From Longimicrobiales bacterium (GTDB lineage Bacteria > Gemmatimonadota > Gemmatimonadetes > Longimicrobiales > Gaopeijiaceae), in the NCBI GenBank assembly GCA_963422615.1, contig OY730414.1:992001-1056000 (forward strand): 64,000 nt of DNA, read 5' to 3'. The notes under the pieces are model-generated. The model was not told the origin of the DNA. It searched no databases and was given only the letters and a program-made list of their open reading frames with translations. Numbering within the stretch: position 1 is the stretch's first letter; every line of letters starts with the position of its first letter. Below are positions 38,509 to 54,903 of the stretch, piece by piece. The translations under genes and the position numbers were made by a program.

Positions 38509-38955
38509 ATGGCCAGGAAAGCCAAGAAGGTTCTCGGATTCGTAAAGCTGCAGATCCCCGCGGGACGGGCCAATCCGGCACCACCGGTCGGGCCAGCTCT
38601 TGGGCAACATGGCGTGAACATCATGGAGTTCTGCAAGCAATTCAACGCCAGAACTCAGCAGCAGGGGGATACCCTCGTTCCCGTCCAGGTGACGATCTTT
38701 GCAGACCGGTCCTTCTCGTTCATCACGAAAACACCCCCGGCCTCCTTCCTGATCAAGAGGGCGGCCGGCCTCGAGAAGGCGTCGAAGGAGCCCCATGCGG
38801 AAAAAGTAGCCGTGCTGACGCTGGACCAGGTGAGGGAGATTGCCCGGTTGAAGATGGAGGATCTCAATACGGACGATATCGTGTCCGCCATGCACATGAT
38901 CAAGGGGACCGCGCGGTCAATGGGAATCGAAGTGGACGGCGAAATCACGGCCTGA
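38509..38955 (+). CDS. rplK: 50S ribosomal protein L11
   Basis: [23 protein letters not shown]. Confidence 0.97.
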   Translation: MARKAKKVLGFVKLQIPAGRANPAPPVGPALGQHGVNIMEFCKQFNARTQQQGDTLVPVQVTIFADRSFSFITKTPPASFLIKRAAGLEKASKEPHAEKVAVLTLDQVREIARLKMEDLNTDDIVSAMHMIKGTARSMGIEVDGEITA

Positions 38956-39002
38956 CTCGGGCGGATGCTTTTCTGGTCGTATCAAGATCCTTAAGAACCA
39001 CC

Positions 39003-39033
39003 GACCACGGGAGAGCTGTCGGCTGTGAAGGTC
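39003..39033 (+). promoter_or_regulatory. Possible L1-binding autoregulatory RNA structure upstream of rplA
   Basis: GACC-ACGGGAG-AGC-loop-GCT-GTGAA-GGTC: two helices around a GGGAG internal loop, as in known L1 operators. Confidence 0.35.
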
Positions 39034-39055
39034 TCCAGACGAGAGGTTCAAGAAA

Positions 39056-39754
39056 ATGCCTAGACGCAGCAGGAAATACGCCAATGCTAGGGAAAGCTAT
39101 GACCGCTTGGCCCGGCACTCCCCGGAGGAGGCCCTTGGCCAGGTCAAAGAGATGGCCTTTGCCAAATTCGATGAGAGCGTTGATGTCGCCACCCACTTGG
39201 GCGTTGACCCGAGAAAGGCCGATCAGGTGGTTCGCGGCACCGTGGTTCTCCCCAACGGCACGGGGAAGCCGGTGCGTGTTCTCGCAATCTGCCAGGGTGA
39301 CAAGGAGGTCGAGGCGAAGGAAGCCGGCGCCGACTTCATCGGCGTGGAGTATGTGGACAGGATTCGCGACGGCTGGCTTGGCTTCGACGTTTGTGTGGTG
39401 ACACCCAACCTGATGGGCAAGGTGGGCCCTCTAGGGCGTATCCTGGGTCCCCGGGGCCTCATGCCGACGCCCAAGGCGGGAACGGTTACGCCCGATGTGG
39501 GTCGAGCGATCAAGGAGATCAAGGCCGGCAAGATCGAGTACCGGGTCGACAAAACCGGTAACCTTCACGCGCCTATAGGCAGGGTGTCCTTTGAGGTGGG
39601 ATCTCTGGAGGAGAATCTCGGCGCCTTCATGGCCTCTGTGCTTCGGGCCAAGCCTTCGGCTTCAAAGGGTACCTACGTCAAGAGCGTGATTGTCTCGAGC
39701 ACCATGGGTCCCGGCGTGGCCGTGGATCCCGGCAGCTTTTCACGGATAGGCTAA
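39056..39754 (+). CDS. rplA: 50S ribosomal protein L1
   Basis: [33 protein letters not shown]. Confidence 0.97.
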   Translation: MPRRSRKYANARESYDRLARHSPEEALGQVKEMAFAKFDESVDVATHLGVDPRKADQVVRGTVVLPNGTGKPVRVLAICQGDKEVEAKEAGADFIGVEYVDRIRDGWLGFDVCVVTPNLMGKVGPLGRILGPRGLMPTPKAGTVTPDVGRAIKEIKAGKIEYRVDKTGNLHAPIGRVSFEVGSLEENLGAFMASVLRAKPSASKGTYVKSVIVSSTMGPGVAVDPGSFSRIG

Positions 39755-39756
39755 AC

Positions 39757-40290
39757 ATGACCAGGGAGCAAAAGGAAGTCTTCATAAAAGAGTTCCGCGA
39801 CCGTCTGAACCGGGCGGAAGCCGTCTACTTGACGGACTTCTCCGGGCTTGACGTGAAGGCCATGACAAGCCTGCGCAGTCAGCTGAAGAAGTCGGGCGGA
39901 GAGTACCTTGTGGCCAAGAACCGCTTGGTGAAGCGGGCCCTGGCCGATACGGAAATCCCCGACATCTCCGACTTCCTCGTCGGGCCTACGGGGGTGGTCT
40001 TCGGTGACGAAGGCATCGCAGAGGCGGCGAGGGCGGTCACCGACTTTGCAAAAGAAAATCAAGGCCGTCCGGTCTTCAAGGTTGGCGTCTCAGGTGGGGA
40101 CGTACTGGACGTTGCCCGCATCGCCCGCATTGCCGACTTGCCGTCCAGAGACGTGCTCCTGTCGCAGGTCGCAGGTGCCTTGAGTGCTCCCATGACAGCC
40201 CTGGCCGGTGCTCTCGAAGCCAAGATCCGGGAACTGGCAGGGCTTGTGGAAGCGCTCCGGGATCGGAACCGCGGGGAAGAAGTCGAATAG
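39757..40290 (+). CDS. rplJ: 50S ribosomal protein L10
   Basis: DFSGL, VAKNRL, LPSRDVLL; synteny. Confidence 0.95.
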   Translation: MTREQKEVFIKEFRDRLNRAEAVYLTDFSGLDVKAMTSLRSQLKKSGGEYLVAKNRLVKRALADTEIPDISDFLVGPTGVVFGDEGIAEAARAVTDFAKENQGRPVFKVGVSGGDVLDVARIARIADLPSRDVLLSQVAGALSAPMTALAGALEAKIRELAGLVEALRDRNRGEEVE

Positions 40291-40336
40291 AACGCCCGGT
40301 CCGTCGGGCAAAACCCAGGAATGAGGAGGTACCACC

Positions 40337-40717
40337 ATGGCTGTAAACCAAGAAGAACTTCTCGAGACCATTGGCAACATGACGGTGCTCGAGCTCTCCG
40401 AGTTCGTTGACGCGTTCAAGGACCGGTTCAACGTGACGGCGGTTTCGGCTCCCGTCATGGCGATACCGGGGGCCGCAGGCGGCGAAGAGGCTGCGGCCGA
40501 GGAGCAGGACGAATTCGAAGTGATTCTCGAGAGCTTCGGTGCCAAGAAGATTCAGGTCATCAAGGTCATCAGGGAGATCACCAGGCTGGGCCTGAAAGAG
40601 GCAAAGGAGCTGGTGGACGGAGCCCCGAATACGGTGAGGGAAGCCGCCACCAAGGACGAAGCAGAAGAGATTCGGACCAAACTTGAGGCGGTCGGTGCCA
40701 GCGTTGTCGTAAAGTAG
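40337..40717 (+). CDS. rplL: 50S ribosomal protein L7/L12
   Basis: MTVLELSE, KIQVIKVIRE, LGLKEAK. Confidence 0.97.
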   Translation: MAVNQEELLETIGNMTVLELSEFVDAFKDRFNVTAVSAPVMAIPGAAGGEEAAAEEQDEFEVILESFGAKKIQVIKVIREITRLGLKEAKELVDGAPNTVREAATKDEAEEIRTKLEAVGASVVVK

Positions 40718-41003
40718 GTGTCATTAAAGAGAGCTCCCCGACCCGCTGCCGTGCGTCCAAGCGCCGGAGCCGGAGACCGGCTCCGGGAAACCCCGAGGTC
40801 GCGAGAAAGTAACGATAGGGTAGCCGCGCAGGGCCTGGGGGCTCGCGCGCGTACCCAGACAGACCGGCGCGGGTTCTCGCGCCGCTTGGTGTCCCGCTGG
40901 CGGTCCTTTGACTTGACCACAGTCTGTTCCAGGCCGGGGTGTGTGCCCGGCCCGTTCGTATTCCCGAAACCGATGTCCGATACGACGACAGGAGAGTATC
41001 ACC

Positions 41004-44000
41004 TTGGCTAAACGAAACGGTGCCCGGCCGGTCGTGAGCTTTGCAAAGCTTGAATCGATCATGCCCATGCCGGACCTCCTCAATGTCCAGTTGAGCTCTT
41101 TCGAGAAGTTGATTGAACCCTCGCCCTCGTTGGAAGAGACGGGTGAGGTAGGCCAGCCCCCGGACCCGGGGTGGGACTTCAATCTGGACTCGGTCTTCCA
41201 GGAGATTTTTCCCATCTCCGACGTGCACAAGAGAATGACCCTGGAGTACGTATCCTCTTCCCTGGGGCAACCCAAGTACTCCGTAGAAGAGTGCATCGAG
41301 CGGGACATGACCTATGCGGTGCCCCTCAAGGCCAAGCTCCGCCTGATCATCTGGGAGAAGGTTCATCGGAAGAAGCGCCGCCCGGGGGATATCATCGAGA
41401 AGGAGGTGTACCTAGGCGACCTTCCTTTGCTCACGAGACTGGGGACCTTCGTTATCAACGGGGCCGAGCGGGTCGTGGTCAGCCAGTTGCACCGTTCTCC
41501 AGGCGTTGTGTTCGAAGAAGATACCCATCCCAACGGGACGAGACTGAACAAAGCCCGAATCATCCCCTTCAGGGGATCCTGGGTCGAGTTCACCATCGAC
41601 ATCAACAACATCTGCTACGTCCACATCGACAAAAAGAAGAAGTTCCCGGCTACGGCGCTTCTTCGCGCCTTCGGGTACGGCACGGACCCCGACATCTACG
41701 GACTCTTCTTCGGGACCCGTGAAATTTCCGTGCCCGGAGAGGACGAGGACATCCGGGACCTGCTGGGGTCGGTGATCGCAGAGGATGTCGTGGATCCGGA
41801 AACGGGCGAGGTCCTAATGGAAACGGGAAGGGAGCTTGACCAAGACGGCGTCCTTCTGCTCCGGAGAGGCGGCTTCCCCACGATTCGCCTCTATAAGCGA
41901 CAGGTTGACGAGGCCCAGGGCGGGCGTCCGGGCGAGAGTCCTATCGTCAAGAACACCCTCAGGAAGGATCCGACCGGAAGTGAAGAGGAGGCCCTCTACG
42001 CAATCTATTCCCTCTTGCGACCCGGCGATGCTCCGAGTATCGCAACGGCCCGGTCCGCCCTGGAGGCAGTGTTCTTCGATCCGAAGCGCTATGACTTGGG
42101 CCGGGTAGGACGCTACAAGCTCCAGCAACGCCTTGGCGGGATGTACGAGCGCCTGGGGCTGACTCCCGAGAGGGCGACCGTGCTCACCCGGGAAGACTTC
42201 GTCGCCATCATCTATTGCTTGATCGAGCTAAGCGAAGGCCGGGGCCGCGTGGACGACATTGACCACCTGGGGAACCGCCGCGTACGCACGGTCGGCGAAC
42301 TGATTGCCAACCAGCTGTCCATTGGCCTTTCCCGCATGGCCCGTCTTGTAAGAGAGCGGATGTCGATCAACTCCGACCTCCGAAAGATCAACATCGATGA
42401 TCTGGTCAATGCCAGAACCGTTTCCGCCGTAATTCAGGCGTTTTTCGGTTCTTCCCAGCTCAGCCAATTCATGGACCAAACCAACCCTCTGGCCGAGATG
42501 ACGCACAAGCGTCGCCTTTCGGCTCTGGGACCCGGCGGCCTGACCCGGGAGCGTGCCGGCTTCGAGGTACGGGATGTGCACTATTCCCATTACGGACGCA
42601 TGTGCCCCGTCGAAACCCCGGAGGGTCCCAACATCGGCTTGATCACTTCCCTTACGACGTATTCCCGCATCAACGACCTGGGCTTCATCGAAACGCCATA
42701 CCGTAAGGTGGTGGACGGGAGGGTGACGGAGAAAATCGAATGGCTTTCTGCCAATGAGGAACAGGAAGCCACCATCGCGCAGGCGAACGCACCCCTGATG
42801 CCGGACGGCCGTTTCCGAAATGAATACGTACTCTGCCGGAGGCAGGGGGACTTTCCCCTTCTCCGACCGAGCGAGATCGGCTACATCGACGTCGCACCCG
42901 ATCAGCTGGTCTCCGTGGCCGCTGCGATGATTCCCTTTTTGGAGCACGACGACGCCAACCGGGCCCTCATGGGCTCCAACATGCAGCGCCAGGCGGTACC
43001 CCTTCTCTACACCGAAGCGCCCCTGGTCGGGACTGGCCTGGAGGAGAAGGTTGCGAAGGACTCGGGAGCCGTGATTACAGCGGAGCGCAAGGGCAAAGTC
43101 GTCTCTGTCGCTGGCGGGGAGATCGTGGTCGACAGGGGGCCCGTGGCCGTTGCCCAGGCGAAGACGCCTCTGGCCAAGCTCAGCCGCTTCGACCGCTATC
43201 GGCTCAAGAAGTTCTGGAGAAGCAACCAGGACACGGCCATCAACCAGCGACCGCTGACGAGGTCGGGCCAGACGGTGCAAGCTGGCGATATCATCGCGGA
43301 CGGTCCCTCAACGGATCACGGCGAGCTTGCCCTCGGGCGAAATGTCCAGGTCGCCTTCATGCCGTGGTATGGCTACAACTTCGAGGATGCGATCGTCATT
43401 TCGGAGCGTTTGGTTCGCGAAGACATGTTCACGTCGATCCACATCCAGGAGCTGGAACTCCATGTACGCGACACCAAGCGCGGGATGGAGGAGATCACCC
43501 GGGAGATTCCCAACGTCGCCGATGAGAGTTTGGTCAATCTGGACGAACGGGGGATCGTGCGTGTCGGTGCCCATGTCGAGAGCGGAGATATCTTGTGCGG
43601 CAAGATCACGCCGAAGGGCGAAACCGAGCTGTCGCCCGAAGAGAAACTACTGACCGCGATCTTCGGCGAAAAGGCAAAAGACGTGAAGGACTCCTCCCTT
43701 CGCATCCCTCCCGGCATGTCCGGAACCGTGATCGACGTGAAGATCTTCTCCCGGCGGATCGACGACCTTCTCCTGGAACTGGATCATGGCCACCGCATTG
43801 GCGAACTGCGACAGGAGGAACAGAGCGAAATCCTGCGCATAAGCAAGGCGCGTGACGAAGAGTTGAGGGCCCTTCTTTGGCTCCAGACGATTGCCCTTTG
43901 TCTGAAAAAAGGGACGGTGGAGCCCCTCCTGGAAGAGGGCACGAAGCTCACGAAACGGCTTGTGAGGGGTCTGGAACTTTCGGAAATCGACTTGACGACC

Positions 44001-45266
44001 CTCAAGGTCAAGAACCGGGAGGCCAATGAGAACATTCGCCAACTGATCGACCACGCGAAGCTTCTGATCGAGCGAGTTCGGGAAAGGACTGAAGAGCAAA
44101 TCGACAAGGTGTTCCAGCCTGACGAGCTGCCACCCGGCGTCGTTCAACTTGTGAAGGCCTACATCGCGGAGAAGCGGAAAATATCCGTCGGTGACAAGAT
44201 GGCGGGCCGCCACGGGAACAAGGGCATCATCGCCATGGTCGCACCCGAAGAGGATATGCCCTACCTACCCGACGGGACCCCGGTGGACATCGTCCTGAAC
44301 CCTCTGGGCGTTCCCTCTCGCATGAACCTGGGCCAGGTCCTCGAAACCCATTTGGGGTCGGCAGCCCGGAATCTGGGCTTCGAAGCCAAGACCCCCGTCT
44401 TTCACGGAGCTTACGAGGACGAGATCGCCTTGTTGCTCAAGTTGGCGGGTGTGAAGTGGGCATCGGAAAGAAAATTCCGCACGGGAATCCGGTGGCCGCT
44501 GGAGGAAAAGCGGTATCACGAGCTTCTGCGGCTTGCCCAAGCTCACCCCGACGCGGGCCAGATCCGGATGACACCCGCGGGAGACGGGAATGGCGCTGGG
44601 CCCGGTGCCGCCAGTGGGATCGGCAAGAATCTGGACGAGTACTTGGGTCTGACCGGCCACGAGGACGGAAAGGCGGCGTTGCATGAGGTATGCGATTTCG
44701 TCGTTGCGACCGGTGCCTTCGAAGCCATGAAGCGGGGCCGGGAACTGGAAGACATCTTCCCCGCCATCGCCGCCTTGGCCCAGAAGGAGACCCAGGAGGA
44801 CGGGCTCGAAGACGCCGTGCAGGAGCTTCTCAGGGCAGCCGAGGTTCTGCCGAACGGGAAGGTCTGGCTCAGGGACGGCCGAAGCGGAGAGCGGTTCGAC
44901 TTTCCCGTCACGGTTGGCACAATCTACATGCTCAAGCTGTCGCACCTGGTGGACGACAAGATCCATGCCCGGAGCATTGGGCCCTATTCCCTGGTGACCC
45001 AGCAGCCGCTTGCCGGAAAGGCCCAGTTCGGGGGTCAGCGCTTCGGGGAAATGGAGGTCTGGGCCCTGGAAGCCTACGGGGCGGCCCACACGCTGCAAGA
45101 GGTCCTTACTGTAAAGTCCGACGATGTGATGGGGCGCTCAAAGGTATACGAGGCCGTGGTCAAGGGGGAAAACCTCCCGAAGCCCGGTATCCCCGAGTCC
45201 TTCAACGTTCTCGTAAAAGAGCTTCAGGCGCTGGGATTCACCGTGGAGCTCGGAGAAAACGGCTAG
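41004..45266 (+). CDS. rpoB: RNA polymerase beta subunit
   Basis: [49 protein letters not shown] start after GGAGAG. Confidence 0.98.
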   Translation: MAKRNGARPVVSFAKLESIMPMPDLLNVQLSSFEKLIEPSPSLEETGEVGQPPDPGWDFNLDSVFQEIFPISDVHKRMTLEYVSSSLGQPKYSVEECIERDMTYAVPLKAKLRLIIWEKVHRKKRRPGDIIEKEVYLGDLPLLTRLGTFVINGAERVVVSQLHRSPGVVFEEDTHPNGTRLNKARIIPFRGSWVEFTIDINNICYVHIDKKKKFPATALLRAFGYGTDPDIYGLFFGTREISVPGEDEDIRDLLGSVIAEDVVDPETGEVLMETGRELDQDGVLLLRRGGFPTIRLYKRQVDEAQGGRPGESPIVKNTLRKDPTGSEEEALYAIYSLLRPGDAPSIATARSALEAVFFDPKRYDLGRVGRYKLQQRLGGMYERLGLTPERATVLTREDFVAIIYCLIELSEGRGRVDDIDHLGNRRVRTVGELIANQLSIGLSRMARLVRERMSINSDLRKINIDDLVNARTVSAVIQAFFGSSQLSQFMDQTNPLAEMTHKRRLSALGPGGLTRERAGFEVRDVHYSHYGRMCPVETPEGPNIGLITSLTTYSRINDLGFIETPYRKVVDGRVTEKIEWLSANEEQEATIAQANAPLMPDGRFRNEYVLCRRQGDFPLLRPSEIGYIDVAPDQLVSVAAAMIPFLEHDDANRALMGSNMQRQAVPLLYTEAPLVGTGLEEKVAKDSGAVITAERKGKVVSVAGGEIVVDRGPVAVAQAKTPLAKLSRFDRYRLKKFWRSNQDTAINQRPLTRSGQTVQAGDIIADGPSTDHGELALGRNVQVAFMPWYGYNFEDAIVISERLVREDMFTSIHIQELELHVRDTKRGMEEITREIPNVADESLVNLDERGIVRVGAHVESGDILCGKITPKGETELSPEEKLLTAIFGEKAKDVKDSSLRIPPGMSGTVIDVKIFSRRIDDLLLELDHGHRIGELRQEEQSEILRISKARDEELRALLWLQTIALCLKKGTVEPLLEEGTKLTKRLVRGLELSEIDLTTLKVKNREANENIRQLIDHAKLLIERVRERTEEQIDKVFQPDELPPGVVQLVKAYIAEKRKISVGDKMAGRHGNKGIIAMVAPEEDMPYLPDGTPVDIVLNPLGVPSRMNLGQVLETHLGSAARNLGFEAKTPVFHGAYEDEIALLLKLAGVKWASERKFRTGIRWPLEEKRYHELLRLAQAHPDAGQIRMTPAGDGNGAGPGAASGIGKNLDEYLGLTGHEDGKAALHEVCDFVVATGAFEAMKRGRELEDIFPAIAALAQKETQEDGLEDAVQELLRAAEVLPNGKVWLRDGRSGERFDFPVTVGTIYMLKLSHLVDDKIHARSIGPYSLVTQQPLAGKAQFGGQRFGEMEVWALEAYGAAHTLQEVLTVKSDDVMGRSKVYEAVVKGENLPKPGIPESFNVLVKELQALGFTVELGENG

Positions 45267-45403
45267 GACAACAAATCAGAACCACCGGCGTTTCGTCACC
45301 CTGGCGGGACGTCATCAGACATGGCTGAACCCTTTGCTGGTACTGGCTGAACAGCCGACGACGTTTCGCGATCCTGGCGGACATTCATGGACATGGTGAG
45401 AAC

Positions 45404-49816
<4,413 letters not shown>

Positions 49817-50008
49817 GGAAGGGAGGAAGCCTTCAGGGCTTGTGGGGACCCGTGAAAGAGACGGCGGGTTGGTGGCAACCGGGTCAACTGAATCTGGAGC
49901 TCTCCCGACCAGGGCCAAGTTTCCGCTGACGGCTCCGAGGTTCGTGTCGTTCTCCGGGAGGGCGAAGGTCCCCGCGAAGTAGGACGCGGCAGTAATGAGG
50001 AGGCGCGT

Positions 50009-50068
50009 TTGACATTTCCGAATTCTTGACTACCTTTCCCAGGCTATTCAGGAAAGCCCTGGAGCGTC
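50009..50068 (+). promoter_or_regulatory. sigma70-type promoter plus leader hairpin of the str operon
   Basis: TTGACA-N16-TACCTT, then CCAGGCT..AGCCCTGG; near-duplicate at 56591-56650. Confidence 0.7.
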
Positions 50069-50150
50069 AGCGGCAGGTTTGGCCGACAGGCGCACCCCTA
50101 ATATCTTTTCCCGGTACACGGTCACCCGAAGAAACGGATTTCGTTGGTTC

Positions 50151-50522
50151 ATGCCCACGGTAAATCAGCTGGTACGGAAGGGCCGCGCGCGGCTCGGGAA
50201 GAAGAACAAGTCGCCCGCCCTTCAGAGCAACCCCCAAAAACGGGGTGTCTGTACCCGTGTGTATACGACGACCCCCAAGAAGCCCAATTCCGCGTTGCGG
50301 AAGGTTGCCCGGGTCCGGCTCACCAACGGCTATGAGGTCACGGCCTACATCGGGGGCGAAGGCCACAATCTTCAGGAGCACTCCATCGTTCTGATTCGGG
50401 GTGGCCGGGTTAAGGACCTTCCCGGAGTTCGCTATCATATCATTCGTGGGACGCTGGACACCTCCGGCGTCTCCGACCGCCGCCAGGGGCGGTCCAAGTA
50501 CGGAGCAAAGCGGCCCAAGTAG
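50151..50522 (+). CDS. rpsL: 30S ribosomal protein S12
   Basis: [30 protein letters not shown]. Confidence 0.98.
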   Translation: MPTVNQLVRKGRARLGKKNKSPALQSNPQKRGVCTRVYTTTPKKPNSALRKVARVRLTNGYEVTAYIGGEGHNLQEHSIVLIRGGRVKDLPGVRYHIIRGTLDTSGVSDRRQGRSKYGAKRPK

Positions 50523-50545
50523 CCGCTTTCCGATAGAGGTCCCCC

Positions 50546-51016
50546 ATGAGCCGTCGTTCCAGGGCAATTCGCCGACGAATCCCCGAAGACCCCAGGTACG
50601 GGTCCCAAGTTTCTCAAAAGTTCATCAATGGACTCATGCTGGACGGCAAGAAGTCCCTTGCAGAGCGAATCTTCTACAACGCGATGAACATCGTGGAGAC
50701 CAAGACCGGCCAGCCGCCGGTCAATGTCTTCCAACAGGCGCTGAACAACGTGAAACCCGCCCTGGAAGTGAAGAGTCGCCGGGTCGGGGGCGCGACTTAC
50801 CAAGTTCCCATTGAAGTGCGCCCGGAGCGGCGCCAAGCTCTCGCCATCAAATGGCTGATCGGCTTCGCCCGGGGACGGGGTGAGCGGACGATGGCCCAGC
50901 GGTTGGCTGCCGAGCTCTTGTCGGCCAGCCGTGGCGAAGGGGCGACCGTGAAGAAAAAGGATGACACCCACCGGATGGCCGAAGCCAACAAGGCGTTCGC
51001 CCACTACCGCTGGTAG
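50546..51016 (+). CDS. rpsG: 30S ribosomal protein S7
   Basis: [24 protein letters not shown]. Confidence 0.98.
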   Translation: MSRRSRAIRRRIPEDPRYGSQVSQKFINGLMLDGKKSLAERIFYNAMNIVETKTGQPPVNVFQQALNNVKPALEVKSRRVGGATYQVPIEVRPERRQALAIKWLIGFARGRGERTMAQRLAAELLSASRGEGATVKKKDDTHRMAEANKAFAHYRW

Positions 51017-51153
51017 ATCGTTCGCGGAGCGCTTCAACCCGCACAGAAATCTTGGAAGCACACCAAGGGGTCTCTGACCGGAATGCCGTTTGACGGGCAA
51101 GAACGTCTTCACGACTCCGATTTCGACGACGAGACCACGAGAAGATACGATAG

Positions 51154-53244
51154 ATGCCCAGGATCACACCGCTTCCCCGGCTCCGAAACATCGGGATCAT
51201 GGCCCACATTGATGCCGGGAAGACCACGACCACGGAGCGGATCCTGTTCTACACCGGTCGGCTTCACCGCATGGGAGAGGTCCATGAAGGCGCGGCCACC
51301 ATGGACTGGATGGAGCAGGAGCAGGAACGGGGAATCACCATTACCTCCGCCGCCACGACCGCATTTTGGCGGCGGAACGGGTCGGAATACCGAATCAACA
51401 TCATCGACACGCCGGGCCATGTGGACTTCACGGCGGAAGTGGAGCGGTCTCTCCGGGTCCTGGACGGCGCGGTCGCGGTCTTTTGCGCGGTAGGGGGTGT
51501 GGAACCCCAGTCCGAGACCGTTTGGCGCCAAGCCGACCGGTACGGAGTGCCGCGCATCGCCCTCGTCAACAAGATGGACCGAACCGGCGCCGACTTCGAG
51601 CAGGTCGTCGAAATGATGCGGAGCCGACTCGGCGCCAATGCGTTCGCGGTCCAGTACCCGCTGGGCGAGGCGGACCTCTTTACGGGCGTGATCGACATCG
51701 TTGCCATGAAGGCGGTCGTATGGGACGACGACTTGGGTGCCACCTTTGCCGAGGTTGGTATCCCGGAATCCCTTCTCGGGAAGGCCGAAGCCCTCCGCCA
51801 CGAATTGGTGGAGGCAGCCCTGGAGCATCACGACGGACTCCTGGAGAAGTACTTGAGCGGCAAAGATCTGACGGAAGACGAAGTGCGCCAGGCGATCCGT
51901 GCGGCGACAGGGTCGGGTGCCTTCTTCCCCGTGTTCTGCGGCTCCGCTTTCAGGAACAAAGGGGTGCAGGCTCTCCTGGACGGTGTCATCGACTACTTGC
52001 CTTCGCCGGCGGATGTGCCCCCCATTGAAGGCCGCACCCCTCGGGGGGACGAGCCCCGGGAGACCCGGGAGGCGGCCGACGACGCCCCGTTCGCCGCGCT
52101 TGCCTTCAAGATCATGACGGACCCGTTTGTCGGTAGGCTCACGTACGTGCGCGTCTATTCGGGGTTCCTGCCCCGAGGCAGTCGGGTCTTCAATGCCACC
52201 CGGGGCCGAAAGGAGCGGGCCGGGCGTCTTCTCCAGATGCACGCAAACAAGCGGGAGGAGCGTACAGAGGTCTATGCCGGGGACATCGCCGCGGTGATCG
52301 GCCTCAAGGGAGTGCGCACGGGGGACACCCTCTGTCACCCGGAGCACCCGGTCATCTTGGAGGCGATGGACTTCCCGGAGCCGGTAATCGCCGTCGCGAT
52401 CGAACCCCGGACCAAGGCCGACCAGGACAAACTCGGGATCGGCCTGGGCCGGTTGGCAGAAGAAGATCCCACGTTTCGCGTGGACACGGATCCCGAAACC
52501 GGCCAGACGATCATCAGCGGAATGGGGGAACTCCACCTGGAGATCATCGTCGACCGCCTGCGCCGAGAGTTTTCGGTCAACGCCAACATTGGCCGGCCCC
52601 AGGTTTCGTACAGGGAAACCATTCGCAAAGCGGCGAGCAAGGTGGAGGGCAGGTTCGTCCGACAGACCGGTGGAAGGGGTCAGTACGGCCATGTCGTGAT
52701 CGACATTGAGCCCGGCAGCGCCGGTTCGGGGTTCGTCTTCGACGACAGAATCAAGGGTGGCACCATTCCCCGGGAGTACATTTCTGCCGTGGAGCAGGGG
52801 TTGAGGGGGGCGCTCGACTCAGGAGTATTGGCCGGTTACCCCATTGTGGATCTCAAGGTGGCGCTCGTGGACGGTTCCTACCACGACGTGGACTCAAGCG
52901 AGATGGCCTTCAGGGTTGCCGGTTCCAAGGCCCTCAGAGAGGCCGTGAGGAAGGCGAGTCCTGTCCTTTTGGAGCCCATCATGGATGTGGAGGTCGTGAC
53001 GCCCCACGAGTACATGGGCGACCTTATCGGCGACCTTGGGGCCCGCCGGGGCAAGGTGGGCGGCATGACCGACCGGGGCGACGCGCAAGTGATCGGCGCG
53101 AGTGTTCCCTTGGGAGAGATGTTCGGTTATTCGACGAGGCTTCGGTCCCTGAGCCAGGGTCGGGCTGTCTTTACCATGCAGTTTTCGCACTACGAGGAAG
53201 TCACCGGGAGTCAGGCCAGGGAGATCGTCCGGACGAGTACCTGA
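51154..53244 (+). CDS. fusA: Elongation factor G
   Basis: [30 protein letters not shown]. Confidence 0.98.
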   Translation: MPRITPLPRLRNIGIMAHIDAGKTTTTERILFYTGRLHRMGEVHEGAATMDWMEQEQERGITITSAATTAFWRRNGSEYRINIIDTPGHVDFTAEVERSLRVLDGAVAVFCAVGGVEPQSETVWRQADRYGVPRIALVNKMDRTGADFEQVVEMMRSRLGANAFAVQYPLGEADLFTGVIDIVAMKAVVWDDDLGATFAEVGIPESLLGKAEALRHELVEAALEHHDGLLEKYLSGKDLTEDEVRQAIRAATGSGAFFPVFCGSAFRNKGVQALLDGVIDYLPSPADVPPIEGRTPRGDEPRETREAADDAPFAALAFKIMTDPFVGRLTYVRVYSGFLPRGSRVFNATRGRKERAGRLLQMHANKREERTEVYAGDIAAVIGLKGVRTGDTLCHPEHPVILEAMDFPEPVIAVAIEPRTKADQDKLGIGLGRLAEEDPTFRVDTDPETGQTIISGMGELHLEIIVDRLRREFSVNANIGRPQVSYRETIRKAASKVEGRFVRQTGGRGQYGHVVIDIEPGSAGSGFVFDDRIKGGTIPREYISAVEQGLRGALDSGVLAGYPIVDLKVALVDGSYHDVDSSEMAFRVAGSKALREAVRKASPVLLEPIMDVEVVTPHEYMGDLIGDLGARRGKVGGMTDRGDAQVIGASVPLGEMFGYSTRLRSLSQGRAVFTMQFSHYEEVTGSQAREIVRTST

Positions 53245-53292
53245 CGGCCGGTTGCGCACACACAACTAAGACTCGCACGCACAGCTATAAGA

Positions 53293-54546
53293 CTAAGGGG
53301 GGGGTAGGAGAGAGATGGTGAAGGTGGTATTTGAGCGGAGCAAGCCGCATGTAAATGTAGGGACGATAGGGCATGTGGATCATGGGAAGACGACGTTGAC
53401 GGCTGCGGTGACGTTGACGCAGTCGAAGTTGTATGGTGGGGAGGCGGTGGGTTTTGCGGAGATAGACAATGCGCCGGAGGAGCGGGAGCGGGGGATAACG
53501 ATAGCGACGGCGCATGTGGAGTATGAGACGGAGGGGAGGCATTATGCGCATGTGGATTGTCCGGGTCATGCGGATTATGTAAAGAATATGATTACGGGTG
53601 CGGCGCAGATGGATGGGGCGATATTGGTGGTGAGTGCGGCGGATGGGCCGATGCCCCAGACGCGGGAGCACATATTGTTGGCTAGGCAGGTAAATGTGCC
53701 GTACATCGTGGTATTTTTAAACAAGGTAGACATGGTGGATGATGAGGAGTTGTTGGAGTTGGTGGAGTTGGAGGTGAGGGAGTTGTTGAGTGAGTATGGG
53801 TTTCCGGGGGATGATTTACCGGTGGTTCGGGGGAGTGCGTTGCGGGCGTTGGAGAGTGGGGGTGAGGGGGAGGAAGCGGAGTGTATAGGGGAGTTGATGG
53901 AGGCGGTGGACGGGTGGATACCGGAGCCGGAGCGGGATGTAGACAAGGCGTTTTTGATGCCGGTGGAGGATGTATTTTCGATAACGGGGCGGGGGACGGT
54001 GGCGACGGGGCGGATAGAGCGGGGGGTGGTTCGGAAGGGTGAGCAGGTGGAGATTGTGGGGATGGGTGGGGATCGGATGACGGTGGTGACGGGGGTGGAG
54101 ATGTTTCGGAAGTTGTTGGAGGAGGGAAGGGCTGGGGACAATGCGGGGTTGTTGTTGAGGGGAGTGGGGAAGGAGGAGGTACAGCGGGGGCAGGTGTTGG
54201 CGGCGCCGGGGTCGATTCGTCCTCACACGAGGTTTCGGGCGGAGGTGTATGTGTTGGGGAAGGAGGAGGGGGGGCGGCACACGCCGTTTTTTGATGGGTA
54301 TCGGCCGCAGTTTTATTTTCGGACGACGGATGTGACGGGTACGGCGAAGTTGCCGGAGGGGGTGGAGATGGTGATGCCGGGGGACAACGTACAGATGGAG
54401 GTGGAGTTGATCACGCCGGTAGCGATGGATGAGGAGTTGCGGTTTGCGATACGGGAAGGCGGTCGGACCGTAGGTTCCGGCGTTGTGACCTCCATCACCG
54501 AATAATACCCCCCACCCCAATACACCCCACCCAAAACCCCTTAAGG
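53293..54546 (+). repeat. tuf cassette, copy 2 (direct repeat of 36431-37683)
   Basis: Same boundaries and sequence as copy 1; offset about 16.86 kb. Confidence 0.93.
53315..54505 (+). CDS. tuf: Elongation factor Tu (copy 2)
   Basis: Protein identical to copy 1; follows fusA. Confidence 0.98.
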   Translation: MVKVVFERSKPHVNVGTIGHVDHGKTTLTAAVTLTQSKLYGGEAVGFAEIDNAPEERERGITIATAHVEYETEGRHYAHVDCPGHADYVKNMITGAAQMDGAILVVSAADGPMPQTREHILLARQVNVPYIVVFLNKVDMVDDEELLELVELEVRELLSEYGFPGDDLPVVRGSALRALESGGEGEEAECIGELMEAVDGWIPEPERDVDKAFLMPVEDVFSITGRGTVATGRIERGVVRKGEQVEIVGMGGDRMTVVTGVEMFRKLLEEGRAGDNAGLLLRGVGKEEVQRGQVLAAPGSIRPHTRFRAEVYVLGKEEGGRHTPFFDGYRPQFYFRTTDVTGTAKLPEGVEMVMPGDNVQMEVELITPVAMDEELRFAIREGGRTVGSGVVTSITE

Positions 54547-54549
54547 CCG

Positions 54550-54570
54550 ATCCTCCGAATCGGAGGATTT
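54550..54570 (+). terminator. Hairpin right after tuf copy 2 (possible terminator)
   Basis: ATCCTCCG-AAT-CGGAGGAT followed by TT. Confidence 0.45.
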
Positions 54571-54702
54571 GAGTGAGCCCACGAGCGACGTTGACCAGGA
54601 CGTAACCGGGTTGGTTGTGGCCGGGAAACGAAACGGCGCGTCTAGCGGATACCGGGCGGGCTAGCCCGCCCCGACCGGGCGAACGCAGCGTTCTTCCGGG
54701 CC

Positions 54703-54724
54703 TTATCCACATGCTTTGTCCACA
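54703..54724 (+). promoter_or_regulatory. Two tandem DnaA boxes
   Basis: TTATCCACA (54703-54711) and TTGTCCACA (54716-54724). Confidence 0.55.
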
Positions 54725-54903
54725 TAAGGTGACGGAACCTCCGCGACATCTCATGGTGTCAGTCCCGGTCCTTGTGGCGGCGGGACCCGGCTGTCGTACC
54801 CTTGAGTGATGGAACTTCCGGACGGAACTGTCGTATCAGGTCCATTCCCGGGTCGCAATGGCGGACTCCGTGACAGCCACCCCCATCACAAGAGGAAAGG
54901 ATC

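Noticed and set aside
44420..44830. Intein in rpoB
   Set aside because: Lacks the N-terminal Cys/Ser and C-terminal His-Asn splice motifs and any LAGLIDADG signature.
54547..54900. Replication origin
   Set aside because: Only two DnaA boxes, no AT-rich unwinding element, no dnaA/dnaN nearby.
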